A stretch of 64,000 nt of DNA from assembly GCA_050950505.1 (NCBI GenBank), contig JBMNHS010000001.1:576001-640000 (forward strand). Reading direction: 5' to 3'. Of this stretch, positions 48,594 through 58,931 are shown piece after piece. Source of the DNA: Candidatus Methanomethylophilaceae archaeon (lineage in GTDB: Archaea; Thermoplasmatota; Thermoplasmata; Methanomassiliicoccales; Methanomethylophilaceae). The first letter of the stretch is position 1; each line of letters opens with the position of its first letter. The position numbers and the translations under genes were made by a program. The notes beneath the pieces are model-generated. The model did no database searches and was not told the DNA's origin. It saw only the letters and a list, made by a program, of their open reading frames with translations.

Positions 48594-49019
48594 TTGGTCA
48601 AAACAGACAAAGGGCCCGGTACGGGAGGTCAAGGTACAAAACCGACCTCAGGTGCCGGCGGAAACAGAAGGACAACAAGTCCCGGCGGAAACAGACCTGC
48701 GAACACAGGCGGTGCCGCCGCACCCAACAACAGAAGAAGGTTCAAGCCCAAAGTCAAAACCACTTCTAAAAAACAGCCCATGCTGAATATGCACAAAATA
48801 AAATCATTCAAATATGATATGAATGCGGTTCTGTCCGAATCCACCATGGACGAAGACAAAGCATCATCGTTTTTGGCAACCATAATCGCAAAAGCTTCTA
48901 GAAATTCGACGAAGGAAGCAAAAATCCATGTCAAAACCTTTTTGGATGAAGGCGATCTGATGAAAAAGGAGCATGATGAGATTATTAAGCTCCTTGATAA
49001 ATACAGCAGATACCGCTGA
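48594..49019 (+). CDS. Hypothetical protein with disordered G/R/T-rich N-terminus
   Basis: TTG start after TATA (tttatata near 48552); helical C-terminal domain. Confidence 0.65.
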   Translation: MVKTDKGPGTGGQGTKPTSGAGGNRRTTSPGGNRPANTGGAAAPNNRRRFKPKVKTTSKKQPMLNMHKIKSFKYDMNAVLSESTMDEDKASSFLATIIAKASRNSTKEAKIHVKTFLDEGDLMKKEHDEIIKLLDKYSRYR

Positions 49020-49025
49020 TACCTT

Positions 49026-49472
49026 ATGAAGTATGCAGAGATGCAACCGGGACGTATATTCGTCCTAAGCCTCGAGCCCGGTGAAATAATACGGGAAGAG
49101 GTGGAAAAGTTTTCTAAAATACAAGATATCCGTTATGCCACAGTATCTGTGGTAGGCGGAGTGGATAAAGGGTCAAGATTGATTGTGGGTCCGAAATATC
49201 CCATAGAGGGTTGTATTGAGCCCTTGACCAGTGATTTGGATGCACCATGTGAAGTCACAGGGTTCGGTACGCTGTTTCCCGATGCTTCCGGCAATCCCGT
49301 TCTGCATATGCACGGAACCGCGGGCAGAGACGGCAAATCAGCCACGGGATGTTTCCGTGACGGCGTCATAGCATGGTTCGTCACCGAAGTGGTGATAACC
49401 GAAATGATCGGAAAGGGGCCCGTGAGAAAAATCGTCGGGAATTCCGGTCTGGAAGCGATGACAATCGAGTGA
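49026..49472 (+). CDS. PPC/DUF296 domain protein
   Basis: L..GE, E..G.GTL, P.LHMH, TEV. Confidence 0.82.
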   Translation: MKYAEMQPGRIFVLSLEPGEIIREEVEKFSKIQDIRYATVSVVGGVDKGSRLIVGPKYPIEGCIEPLTSDLDAPCEVTGFGTLFPDASGNPVLHMHGTAGRDGKSATGCFRDGVIAWFVTEVVITEMIGKGPVRKIVGNSGLEAMTIE

Positions 49473-49473
49473 T

Positions 49474-49815
49474 TCAACGCCTTACGATTCCGTAACTGTC
49501 CATCCAGTTGTCGAAAACACCGTCGGCATACGTGTTCATATGCACGGCGTCCTCTTTCTCAGGAACAATGAATCCTGCGAGAGGAAATTCATTGTCGCAG
49601 TGAGGGCATCTGATATTTGGACAATTCTGGTTCGCCTGAGGACATGCCATACAGGCGATTGCCCGGGATTGAAACAGACTGAATTCTTTATGGCACACAG
49701 GACAAAGGAACCTGCGGGCCGCCACTTTAAGATCTTTGGTAATTCCCGCGCTCCGTTCTTCCGGTGTGAGATACATCGGACCAAACGGAGACACAGGTGC
49801 TTGATTCGGATTCAT
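49474..49815 (-). CDS. Cys-rich Zn-finger hypothetical protein
   Basis: CPVC, CMAC....NC, CPHC; ATGA-coupled to GGGP synthase. Confidence 0.72.
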   Translation of the reverse strand: MNPNQAPVSPFGPMYLTPEERSAGITKDLKVAARRFLCPVCHKEFSLFQSRAIACMACPQANQNCPNIRCPHCDNEFPLAGFIVPEKEDAVHMNTYADGVFDNWMDSYGIVRR

Positions 49816-50552
49816 TTTTCTCCTCTGGACGCTTCGACGACTTCCTTCAAACGTCCGATGTCGGAACATTCTTCGATGAAAGTTCCTGTAACTATCGCAT
49901 CGGCGCCCGCTTTTCGGGCGGCTTCGGCAACTTCGGGAGTCCTGATCCCTCCTCCGACAATCAGGGGAATGGATATCGAACTCTTGACTGCGGATATCAT
50001 TTTTGCCGGAACGGGCACGTCGGCACCGCTTCCGGCTTCAAGATAAACGTAATCCATGCCGTACATTTCACAGGCAATCGCGTATCCGACAGCCTTATCG
50101 ACTTCCGAGTGTTTAATCAATTCTGCTTTACCGACCTCGCCCACCTTCATGCCGGGTTCAATAAGCAAATATCCCATCGGAATTGTTTCGATTCCCAATT
50201 TTTTGATATAAGGTGCGGCATAAGCCTGTGCTCCGAAAATCCAAGCGGGATCGGAGCTGTTTACAAGGCTCATAAAAAAAAGGGCGTCGACTTCAGGGGA
50301 AAGTTCATTGGGCCCCCCGGGAAAGTGTATGCTCGGAAGTCCGGACATCTCGCGGATGGCTTTCGCGGTTTCGCCGAGATTTTTGGAAGTGACTCCGGTG
50401 GATCCCCCAATCATGATCGCGTCGGTGCCTGCGTCCTTTGCAAGTGCTGCCAATTTTCCTGCTTCTTCGGGACTTTGTTTATCGGGGTCCAGAAGGGCCA
50501 TGTGAATGGTGCCTTGTCCGATTTTATCCTGAAGATACTGTTTGACATTCAT
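49812..50552 (-). CDS. Geranylgeranylglyceryl phosphate (GGGP) synthase
   Basis: LLDPDK, IMIGGSTG, FPG, SLVNS, YLEAGSGA, VGGGIR, IVTG. Confidence 0.94.
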   Translation of the reverse strand: MNVKQYLQDKIGQGTIHMALLDPDKQSPEEAGKLAALAKDAGTDAIMIGGSTGVTSKNLGETAKAIREMSGLPSIHFPGGPNELSPEVDALFFMSLVNSSDPAWIFGAQAYAAPYIKKLGIETIPMGYLLIEPGMKVGEVGKAELIKHSEVDKAVGYAIACEMYGMDYVYLEAGSGADVPVPAKMISAVKSSISIPLIVGGGIRTPEVAEAARKAGADAIVTGTFIEECSDIGRLKEVVEASRGEK

Positions 50553-51397
50553 TATATCACGCCGATGACAAAGGCAAGCAAAGCGAACAACATAGCGTAC
50601 TTTGTCGTTCTCTGAGCTTCATATGCACTTTTAAAAACAATAAACGCAGAATATATAAACATTGCATCTGCGACCAATATAATGCTGTAGAAGACATTCA
50701 TTGAACCATTCAATAACGGAAGTATGCTGAGACCGATTCCAATCAGGAATGCGGAACCTGCGACATAAGAGGCGTTCCGGTCTCCGATTTTCATCGGTAA
50801 CGTGGTTCTGCCCTCGTCGGATTCCCGGTCTTCTATGTCTTTGGCCAACTCTCTTCCCAAGTTTGCAAATATCGACATGGCGGCCATCGGGAGAACAGGA
50901 ATGATGTTTCCGCAGACGGCACCTCCGAGAAGGAATAACATTCCGGACAATACGGCAATCGTGATGTTTCCGATGAATCCTTTCTTTTTGAGGAAAATTT
51001 CATACGACAGCATCAGAACTGCCGCAACAATGACTATAACGGTGGAGATGTAGCTCCAGAATACGAATCCCATGTAATATGATGCAATGTGCGTCACTAT
51101 CCCGACAATCACGGCTAGTGCCATCAGGAACATACCGGAACACTATGCGGCTCTCGGGGTAATTTTCCCCTGCGGTATCGGTCTTTCTGGGTGTGCGTTG
51201 ATGTCTATGTCACGGTCCACGTAATCATTGAGGGCATTTCCGCCTGCCATGAACATGAATACGATGATACAGGAAATGGTGATACTTACCCAATAATCCA
51301 AAATATTCAGGCCGGAGGCTATGAAGGCACCTACTATGACGCCCACGATACCCATTACGTTATTTTCGAATCTGAACAATTTGAAATATCTGTTCAC
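50552..51397 (-). CDS. Digeranylgeranylglyceryl phosphate (DGGGP) synthase, UbiA family, 281 aa with in-frame TAG at codon 85 (predicted pyrrolysine)
   Basis: The two track ORFs (51143-51397, 50552-51133) are one frame: ...RPIPQGKITPRAA-TAG-CSGMFLM...; NDYVDRDID before and KDIEDRESD after the TAG; upstream of GGGP synthase. Confidence 0.88.
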
Positions 51398-51431
51398 GAA
51401 CAGCGGATATCCTGGGTATTAAAATAGTTAA

Positions 51432-52424
51432 TTACTTCCTGAACACATGGTAATATCTGGTTAACGATCCATGCACCCTCTGGGGAAGCATTCTTTCCAG
51501 AGTCATACATTCGGTGGATACTTCTTTGGGAAATATGATTCCCGCCGCTCCCCCGGGGCGGAGTATTTTTGAAACGGATTTCAAAGTTCTGGCATACATT
51601 TCGGAAAGGTTTTCTCCGCCGGTTTTTGTGGAACGGCCGTAGGGAGGATCGGTAACGACGATATCCACATCCGGCCATTTTTCGGCAATGTCCCCGATAT
51701 CCAGAATCTGACTGTCATACAGTTTCAAACCGTAGAACTGCATATTTTCCTCGGTGCCCGCAATCATATGGGGATCAAAGTCGGAAACAATCACCCTCAT
51801 TCCCATTTCCGCGGCTTCAATGGCTATCCCCCCGGTTCCGCAGAACGGGTCCAAAACAGTGGATCCCCTCGCCGCCCCGGTCAGATTTATCAGGGCCCGG
51901 GCATATTTGGGATGCAACGAAATCGGTGAAAAGAACGGACGTTCACCAACCTTTCTTTTTTCGAAAAGATCCGTGACCGGTTTGTATTCTTCGATAAAAA
52001 AGTGAATTTTATCGCTCATGAACATTCTGACGACGATATCGGGTTCGTCCAAATCCACAGGGTTGCGCTTCGAGAAGACGTTCCCTACCTTTCTTATGAT
52101 TTTCTGGGAATCTACGGAACCCATCATCCCTCTGAATCTTTTGGCACGGATTGCAAAAGTTCCTTCGGGGAGTTCTTCAGGCCTGAAGAGATCAACGTCC
52201 TCCGGAGCAAAAGATCCGAGATATTTTCCTATGCCCCGGGTCAATGCCAGTCTGTCGGAAATAAATGATAAACTGTCGGAGGGAAGTCTCAGTATGACGT
52301 ATCCGGGTCCATGGGCGACCATTTCGGCGTTTCCCATTGTTTCCGCATACGCACAGCTTACGGCTTCCTCGCGGGGCATGTCCCCTGCTTCACCCGACAG
52401 TTCAAAGAAATAAATGGGGTTCAC
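51432..52424 (-). CDS. tRNA (guanine10-N2) methyltransferase, THUMP + MTase (Trm11/TrmG10)
   Basis: FELSGE, RPFFSP.SL.P..ARA..NL, LDPFCGTGG, TDPPYG, VH.SLTR. Confidence 0.88.
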   Translation of the reverse strand: MNPIYFFELSGEAGDMPREEAVSCAYAETMGNAEMVAHGPGYVILRLPSDSLSFISDRLALTRGIGKYLGSFAPEDVDLFRPEELPEGTFAIRAKRFRGMMGSVDSQKIIRKVGNVFSKRNPVDLDEPDIVVRMFMSDKIHFFIEEYKPVTDLFEKRKVGERPFFSPISLHPKYARALINLTGAARGSTVLDPFCGTGGIAIEAAEMGMRVIVSDFDPHMIAGTEENMQFYGLKLYDSQILDIGDIAEKWPDVDIVVTDPPYGRSTKTGGENLSEMYARTLKSVSKILRPGGAAGIIFPKEVSTECMTLERMLPQRVHGSLTRYYHVFRK

Positions 52425-52440
52425 CGAACCCCGATTGGTT

Positions 52441-53382
52441 TCAGTCCTTAATACCGTCTTCGGTTACCATGAAGACCGCTTCCCCTTCGGGAAGGCTCGG
52501 CGAATCAACAAGTCTTGCGATTCTCTTTCCAGCTTTGCCCTTTCTGAGGTATATGCGGAAGGTGGCAGTGTGACCGACAATGTGCCCTCCGATGGGTCTT
52601 GTGGGGTCTCCGAAGAACGCATCCGGCTTTGCCGACACCTGATTGGTGACCGCAATGACGGCATTGTTCACGGTGGCGAAGTTCAGCAGTTCGTGCATGT
52701 GACGGTTAAGAATCTGCTGTCTCTCGGACAGGGTTCCTCTTCCGATGTATTCGGCTCTGAAATGCGATGTCAAAGAATCAACAATCAGGAGCTTTACCTT
52801 AAGTTCCTTCGCAAGTTCCATGGCTTTTCCCACGAGGAGCACCTGATGCTGGGAGTTGTATGCCCTGGCAACATGAATTCTCTTCAATGTCTCGTCGGGA
52901 TCCAATCCGAGATAGGTGGCCATCTGAATGATCCTCTCAGGTCTGAATGTGTTTTCCGTGTCGATTATGATGACGTCGGAGTCCAATCCCCCTCTTTCTT
53001 CGGGCATTGTGGCATTAACGGCGAGCTGGAAGCAAATCTGTGATTTGCTGCTGCCGAACTCTCCGTAAAATTCGACTATGGATTGGCTTTCCAATCCGCC
53101 GCCGAGCAGTTCGTTTATGGCCTGAGATCCGGTTGTGAGCTTTGTCACAAGCTTGCGTCTCTCAAGAATTTCGTCTCCGGTTTCAAACCCACCGAGATCG
53201 GCGCACATCTTTGCGCCTTCGATGATGTCTGCGGCTTTTTTATCGCCGAGCTCGCAGTCTTCTGCGAGTTGTTTTGCCGGGGCTACTGCAATGTCCATCA
53301 GAGTTGTGTATCCTGCTTCGCGGAGTTTTTCTGATATGGCTGGTCCGACTCCTGGTATGTCTTCTAATGATTTATTGTCCAT
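52441..53382 (-). CDS. radA: DNA recombinase RadA
   Basis: Hh[46 protein letters not shown]. Confidence 0.96.
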   Translation of the reverse strand: MDNKSLEDIPGVGPAISEKLREAGYTTLMDIAVAPAKQLAEDCELGDKKAADIIEGAKMCADLGGFETGDEILERRKLVTKLTTGSQAINELLGGGLESQSIVEFYGEFGSSKSQICFQLAVNATMPEERGGLDSDVIIIDTENTFRPERIIQMATYLGLDPDETLKRIHVARAYNSQHQVLLVGKAMELAKELKVKLLIVDSLTSHFRAEYIGRGTLSERQQILNRHMHELLNFATVNNAVIAVTNQVSAKPDAFFGDPTRPIGGHIVGHTATFRIYLRKGKAGKRIARLVDSPSLPEGEAVFMVTEDGIKD

Positions 53383-53508
53383 TGTTAACCTCCAAACCGT
53401 AACAGAGCATCATCTGTATTTAACCGAAAGTATGGGAGGTCGCCGAAAATGCCGAAAGTGTTCCTGCTGCATAAACGTTTATATGTAAGCTCTAGGATAA
53501 GTAGCCAA

Positions 53509-53874
53509 ATGGCCAAGAAAAAAAGAAGAATAAAAGAGGAGCCGAAAGAATCCTATGAGTTCACTCCCACAGAGTTCGATGAGCGGGAGTTCATACTCAA
53601 AGAACTTTTTGAGACCAAAGTGTTCTTTGTTGTGATTTTGTTCTCTTTGTTGGCCGGAGTGCAATGGGCGATTTTTTACCGCCTCGGCAACTATCTCTGG
53701 ATAATCGGTTTTTTGGTCTGTATTCTTCTTATCGTCAAAATGAAAGACATTCTCCGTTTGTTGGGCATAAGAATGGAAATGATGGCAGGCAAATCCATGG
53801 CAGGCAATTACATAATGTTCATGTTGCTGGCTACCGGATTGGCCATTCTTCTGATCAACGCCCCCTTCTACTGA
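53509..53874 (+). CDS. Hypothetical membrane protein
   Basis: Basic N-terminus, P.EFDEREF, three hydrophobic segments. Confidence 0.7.
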   Translation: MAKKKRRIKEEPKESYEFTPTEFDEREFILKELFETKVFFVVILFSLLAGVQWAIFYRLGNYLWIIGFLVCILLIVKMKDILRLLGIRMEMMAGKSMAGNYIMFMLLATGLAILLINAPFY

Positions 53875-53876
53875 AA

Positions 53877-55229
53877 TCAGATTTCCCAGCTTAACCTGGG
53901 GTCCAAAAGTTCAGTGAGGAGTTCGGGAGAAACATCCCTCAGCGTTTCTTCGTGATTCAGAACCTTCATCGAAACGGGATCGAGTTCTCTTCCAATTCCG
54001 GAAATCGCGGCCTCTTCGCATATCATATCCTTTGCGCAAATGTACGGTCTGTCGGCGATTATGTTCCATTTTCCGTCTTCGATGAAAGGTTTGCCGTTTT
54101 CGTTGTCTTTCCATCTTTCAAGGAAACGTTCCGAATGTTTTACCCACACCGGCGGTCCGGTGTGCTTGAAGGTTTTGGACAAAATATCCTGTTCCAATTC
54201 AAATACGATTCTGAGTTCGGAACCCGCTTCGTGCACCGCTCTGAGAACCCCAAATCCGAAATCGTTGAGTCTTTTTGCCAATGCATACTGGGTTCTCCAC
54301 AGTTGAGCCGATATGTTTTCCTCAATGACGTCGGGGCGTTCAAAAATAACCGTAAGCAACCCGGTTCCGTCGAGATTCGTTTTACGCTCCAGTTCTTCCG
54401 ACGGCAGCGGGGTTCTGGGGACCGGGAAGAAAAATCTCTCCGAAGGTTCTTCCAAGTATGCTTTGGATGCGACGATGAACCTGGAAAGAGTATCCAAGTG
54501 AACCGCGGATGCGGCGTTCCTTCTCGGATCCACGGGGTCGTACACGGTTAAAGGCGCACCGGTGCCAGGTCCCCTTCCTTCGATTTCAACCACGGTGCCT
54601 TCTTTCCAATCCGAAACGGCTTCGATCGCTTTACCGAACCCGCCGTATTTTATAATCATCAATTCACAGAGATACCCGGAAAAACCGCGTACATCGGGTT
54701 CGGCCCCGTAAACGGATATGCCTTTCATGAATTTCTTCAGCAAACGGATGTGGGTCCGGTCCTCAGGCCCGAGACGTGACAGCACGTATTCCGTGTGAAG
54801 CGGAGTCCGATCAACGGAAGTTTTCAGTTTTTTCGCGTCTTCCAGAATATAACAGGGGACCATATCTACTTCGTGACCTTCGAAGAAACCCCTGGTGTAC
54901 GGGTGTTCGGCGTACAGCCTCTCCCCGTCCAGAATCTTCTCGCCGACAAGAAGTCCTTCCTGCTCGAGCTGTTTTCTCGGAATATCGGGGGAAAACATCA
55001 GAAACAAATCCAAATCCGGGTCGGACAGGTATGTGCCTTTGGCATAAGAACCGACGAATCTGATTTCGGAAACGGAGAGATTTTCCTTGTCGACGAATTC
55101 CTTTGTGCAGGCTTCCAGTCTTTTTGCGGATGCCTCCAAAGCCTTTATCTCCCGTTCATCGGGAGTAATTTTTTCGATGATTTCGGATTCAAGTTCCGAA
55201 AACCCTCTGCCGTCAGTCGTGTCCCCCAT
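53877..55229 (-). CDS. cca: Class I CCA-adding enzyme
   Basis: VGSYAKGT.L...DLDLF, YAEHPY, VDRTP.H, GFSGYLCE, DPVD..RN. Confidence 0.95.
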   Translation of the reverse strand: MGDTTDGRGFSELESEIIEKITPDEREIKALEASAKRLEACTKEFVDKENLSVSEIRFVGSYAKGTYLSDPDLDLFLMFSPDIPRKQLEQEGLLVGEKILDGERLYAEHPYTRGFFEGHEVDMVPCYILEDAKKLKTSVDRTPLHTEYVLSRLGPEDRTHIRLLKKFMKGISVYGAEPDVRGFSGYLCELMIIKYGGFGKAIEAVSDWKEGTVVEIEGRGPGTGAPLTVYDPVDPRRNAASAVHLDTLSRFIVASKAYLEEPSERFFFPVPRTPLPSEELERKTNLDGTGLLTVIFERPDVIEENISAQLWRTQYALAKRLNDFGFGVLRAVHEAGSELRIVFELEQDILSKTFKHTGPPVWVKHSERFLERWKDNENGKPFIEDGKWNIIADRPYICAKDMICEEAAISGIGRELDPVSMKVLNHEETLRDVSPELLTELLDPRLSWEI

Positions 55230-55294
55230 CAGATTGCACCGATACGAAGGTATTGACTCTCTATGTTAAATATAGGCGTCTCCAATTGTCAGAC

Positions 55295-56731
55295 ATGCGC
55301 TGTCCGGTATGCAATTATCCTATAACAGAAGGTTTCAATTTCTGTGTCCGTTGCGGTGCAAAACTTGATCAGGTTCAACCGAACGGTTCCGAGCATACCG
55401 ATAAAACACAGTTTCAAGGATCGGCCCCGGATCAGATTTATCCTCCGCATTCCGGTTACATTCCGACGGAATATTCAGGGCAACCGCACCCTTATCCGGA
55501 ACCGCAGAAAAAAGACGGGAAGGCTCTGAAGGCAATCGTCATTGCCATGATTCTGTTGGCAGTGTCCGTTTCGGGCATATTTTACATAATGCCGTTCAAC
55601 TGCGGTTCATTCGAACCCGACGAGTACGTCATCTACGGAAGCGGCGCTGTGTACTCCGGAGTAATCAAAGTCGAATCGGACCCCGAGGATTTGGATCCCT
55701 ATGACGGAGAAGCATCGGTCATTCTGACTTCATGTCCGGATTCCGTGAGCGGTTATCAATGGAAGGTCACTCCCGTTGATTACCTGAGATACGGGAACGG
55801 CAGCAGTGTGTCCCCGTCAATAATATCCACATCGTCCAGCGGCAAAACCCTGAGTTGTGCGCTGGAACCCGGTCTTTACAAAGTGGATCTCAAAGTCAAC
55901 GGACGAACCCATACGGGTACCTTCGCCCTTGAAGGGGAAGTGTCCAGGGAATATTCCTGGGACTATTATCAAATCGTTGACGGCGTCGGGAACACGTATA
56001 AACCATCCATAAAGCATGAATTTCAAACCGAATTCAGTTTTCTTTACGGAGAATGCGTGACTTCACTTGATTATGACGGGCGGAGGGGATACATTCTGTT
56101 CAAGGATGCGGAAGAGATAATGAACGTCTTCGTTTCCGACAGCAAAACCATAACCGTCAGATTGGAATCGATGCTGAGGGAGGCCTTCGACGATAAGGGA
56201 ATACCTTATGATTTCAAAGATTCCGAAGGGTTCCATTACGCGTCTTATCTATTGGCGTTTGTGCAGCAGGCCATAAAGTACGAATCCGATTCGAACTTGT
56301 ACTGGACGGAAGAATACTGGGCCTTTCCCGCCGAGACGATAATGCGCGGCCAGGGAGACTGTGAGGATACATCGTTCCTGTGCGCGGCATTGTTCAAGGC
56401 GGCGGGATTCGACACTGTCACAGGATTGCTTCCCGGCCATGCGATGGCAGGAATAAGCCTGTCGGGAGGGGTTGTGGAAGACAGAACCAATTCTTACACT
56501 GAGGTCTTGCCCAACAATTACCTCATTTACGAAGATATCGGCGGAAAAAGATTCTACGCCTGCGAAACCACATATTCCTCGCAGTTCGTCATCGGATACA
56601 CCAACATCACCCACACGGAAGTCGGCGAGGGCGGAGAAACCAAGGAAGGCGGGCTCAACAAATGGCTTCCGGGAAACGAATACGCATCTGAGACCAAGAC
56701 ATACGGATTCTACGAAGTGGCCGCTTTTTAA
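55295..56731 (+). CDS. Zn-ribbon / single-TM / transglutaminase-like domain protein
   Basis: CPVC...CVRCG, Pro-rich linker, TM segment, LAFVQ..I.Y..D, EYW..P.ET, GDCED, PGH, ETT. Confidence 0.8.
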   Translation: MRCPVCNYPITEGFNFCVRCGAKLDQVQPNGSEHTDKTQFQGSAPDQIYPPHSGYIPTEYSGQPHPYPEPQKKDGKALKAIVIAMILLAVSVSGIFYIMPFNCGSFEPDEYVIYGSGAVYSGVIKVESDPEDLDPYDGEASVILTSCPDSVSGYQWKVTPVDYLRYGNGSSVSPSIISTSSSGKTLSCALEPGLYKVDLKVNGRTHTGTFALEGEVSREYSWDYYQIVDGVGNTYKPSIKHEFQTEFSFLYGECVTSLDYDGRRGYILFKDAEEIMNVFVSDSKTITVRLESMLREAFDDKGIPYDFKDSEGFHYASYLLAFVQQAIKYESDSNLYWTEEYWAFPAETIMRGQGDCEDTSFLCAALFKAAGFDTVTGLLPGHAMAGISLSGGVVEDRTNSYTEVLPNNYLIYEDIGGKRFYACETTYSSQFVIGYTNITHTEVGEGGETKEGGLNKWLPGNEYASETKTYGFYEVAAF

Positions 56732-57561
56732 GGGGAGGTATCGGGAATCCACCCTTGGCCGTGGGACTCCAAATCCGAAAATATTATTTCTTCGCCGACA
56801 TCAACGGCCATCCGGTCCCTTCCGGCAACGGTTTTGATACCGGTGGCTTTCTCTGCGATCCCTGCCTGTTTTTCGGGGCCGTAACGTATCATCACGACTC
56901 CCAAATGAATGAAAATAACAACTTCCGGTCTGACGATATTGATGAAATCAACGGAATCCTCGGTGCACATATGACCTTTGATTCTCATGTCTTCGGGAAC
57001 GGTTATGGGCAGCATCAACACTCTTGAGCCGATGTACTGTTTCGCAATTTCTTCGGTATAGTCCGTATCACTGACGTAAGAAACGATTCCTCCGTCCGTA
57101 TGAAATTTCAGTCCCACGTTGGTGGGGTCTCCGTGACTCGATTTGCAAACTTCCGTTTCCATTCCTCCGATGACCAATCGGTCACCGGGCACTATCACGT
57201 TGCACTCTTCGGCTATGTTTTGGTGATAACGGGATATACAGGGCCCCAGTCCGTCCAGTCCCTTTATCGCGGTGACGCTGCCGTAAATACGGCCTCTTTT
57301 CCGCCACCCTCCGAAGGAACAGCCTTCGATGACGGATTCCGCATCGGCATAATGGTCGGGATGGGCGTGGGAAACCACCACGGACCCCGTCCGGGTAAGG
57401 TCATAACGTATGTTCTGCATCTGGGTAAGGGCGCCCGGCCCGGGGTCCACATGAACGACCTCGTCATTGTTCATGAGAAGAAATCCGCCGGTGCTGCGGG
57501 TTTGATACATCGTTGTATGCCGACCGCCTCCGGTCCCGAGAAATATAATGCGTGCCGACAT
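56728..57561 (-). CDS. Metallo-beta-lactamase fold hydrolase
   Basis: FLGTGGGR, DPGPG, SHAHPDH, H.D, SDT, H. Confidence 0.88.
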   Translation of the reverse strand: MSARIIFLGTGGGRHTTMYQTRSTGGFLLMNNDEVVHVDPGPGALTQMQNIRYDLTRTGSVVVSHAHPDHYADAESVIEGCSFGGWRKRGRIYGSVTAIKGLDGLGPCISRYHQNIAEECNVIVPGDRLVIGGMETEVCKSSHGDPTNVGLKFHTDGGIVSYVSDTDYTEEIAKQYIGSRVLMLPITVPEDMRIKGHMCTEDSVDFINIVRPEVVIFIHLGVVMIRYGPEKQAGIAEKATGIKTVAGRDRMAVDVGEEIIFSDLESHGQGWIPDTSP

Positions 57562-57641
57562 GGTATAATACAACACATTGATGATATATGCGTTTTTTGA
57601 AATTCGGAAATGTTATACGCAGTCAAAAGATTACAGCGGGC

Positions 57642-58931
57642 ATGATAACGGTATTCCGCGGCGGATGGATTGTAACCCAAAATCCGACCCGAGAAGTTTT
57701 GAAAGGCGACGTTGCCGTCGACGGTGAGAAAATAATCTACGTTGGACCGAACTACAAAGATTCCGCGGAAAGGGAAATCGATGTTTCGGGAGACATCGTG
57801 ATGCCCGGAATGATCAATACCCACACCCACGTGGCAATGTCGGTCATGAAAGGTTCTTTGGACGATCTGCTTTTTCCTGATTTCCTTGAAGCGAGTTTCA
57901 AAGTGGATGCCGACCGAACCGATTATGATTTGGAGACGGGCACGAAACTCGGTTGCATGGAAATGATCCGCGGAGGCACCACAACCTTCATGGATCTCTA
58001 TTATTCCGAGGATGTGATTGCAAAAGCGACCAAAGAAGCGGGAATCCGGGGGGTTCTGTGCTGGTGCGTTCTCGATGAAGACAAAACCACTCAAACCGGC
58101 AATCCGTTGAAAAATTGCATAAAATTCCACGAAACTCACAGGAATGAAAGAAAAATCGTTCCCGGGGTGGGATTGCAGGGAGTATACGCCTGCAACGAAG
58201 AAACCTGTATCGGAGCCAAAGAATATTCCGACAAAGAAAATCTTCCGATGAACTTCCATCTCTCCGAAACAAGGGGGGAAGTGAACCAGCACCGCAGATC
58301 CACCGGCAAAAGGCCCGGCGAATGGATGGCCGATTTGGATATATTCGGCCCCCGGGGAGTCGCCGCGCACTCCGCTTACCTGACCCTCAACGAAGTCAGA
58401 TTGATGGGTAAAGCGGGAATGTCGATTTCCACATGTCCCGTTTCCAATATGAAATTGGCAACCGGGGGAGTGGCACCCGTGCCGGAATTCATATCCGCCG
58501 GAGTGAACGTATCCATAGGAACCGACGGAAATACCACGAACAATTCCCTGGACATGTTCTCGGAAATGAAAATTCTGGGTCTTCTTCAGAAAGCCAGCAG
58601 GTGGGACGCAACCGTCGCCAAAGCCCAGGAACTCTTGGATTTCGCAACCGTAAACGGAGCAAAAGCCGTCGGCATGGAAGACAGAATCGGTTCTGTAGAA
58701 GTCGGAAAGTACGCAGACATCATCGTTCTTGACGGAAAGGATCCGAACCTCAGGCCTCTTCTTCCGGAGAACATCATCGGCAACATTGCATATTCGTCTT
58801 CAAGCCTCAACGTAAAGCATACAATGTGCCAAGGCGATATGGTGATGGAAAACCGCGAAATACTCACAATGGACACCGACAAAGTATTGTCCGGGTCGGA
58901 GGACGTGTGGAGGCAGCTCTGTTTAAGATGA
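57642..58931 (+). CDS. Amidohydrolase, MTA/SAH/5'-deoxyadenosine deaminase-like
   Basis: PGMINTHTH, GTTTF.D.Y, HLSET, AAH, CP.SNMKL, GTDG..TNN.LD, G.YAD. Confidence 0.82.
   Translation: MITVFRGGWIVTQNPTREVLKGDVAVDGEKIIYVGPNYKDSAEREIDVSGDIVMPGMINTHTHVAMSVMKGSLDDLLFPDFLEASFKVDADRTDYDLETGTKLGCMEMIRGGTTTFMDLYYSEDVIAKATKEAGIRGVLCWCVLDEDKTTQTGNPLKNCIKFHETHRNERKIVPGVGLQGVYACNEETCIGAKEYSDKENLPMNFHLSETRGEVNQHRRSTGKRPGEWMADLDIFGPRGVAAHSAYLTLNEVRLMGKAGMSISTCPVSNMKLATGGVAPVPEFISAGVNVSIGTDGNTTNNSLDMFSEMKILGLLQKASRWDATVAKAQELLDFATVNGAKAVGMEDRIGSVEVGKYADIIVLDGKDPNLRPLLPENIIGNIAYSSSSLNVKHTMCQGDMVMENREILTMDTDKVLSGSEDVWRQLCLR

Noticed and set aside
48562-48769. ATG ACT CAG TAG... as a Pyl-containing ORF
   Set aside because: The ATG abuts the TATA box, is out of frame with the 48594 gene and has no recognisable product
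50552-51397. Two separate genes or a pseudogene
   Set aside because: A single in-frame TAG, intact motifs, no other lesions and window-wide TAG avoidance; a nonsense mutation cannot be fully excluded
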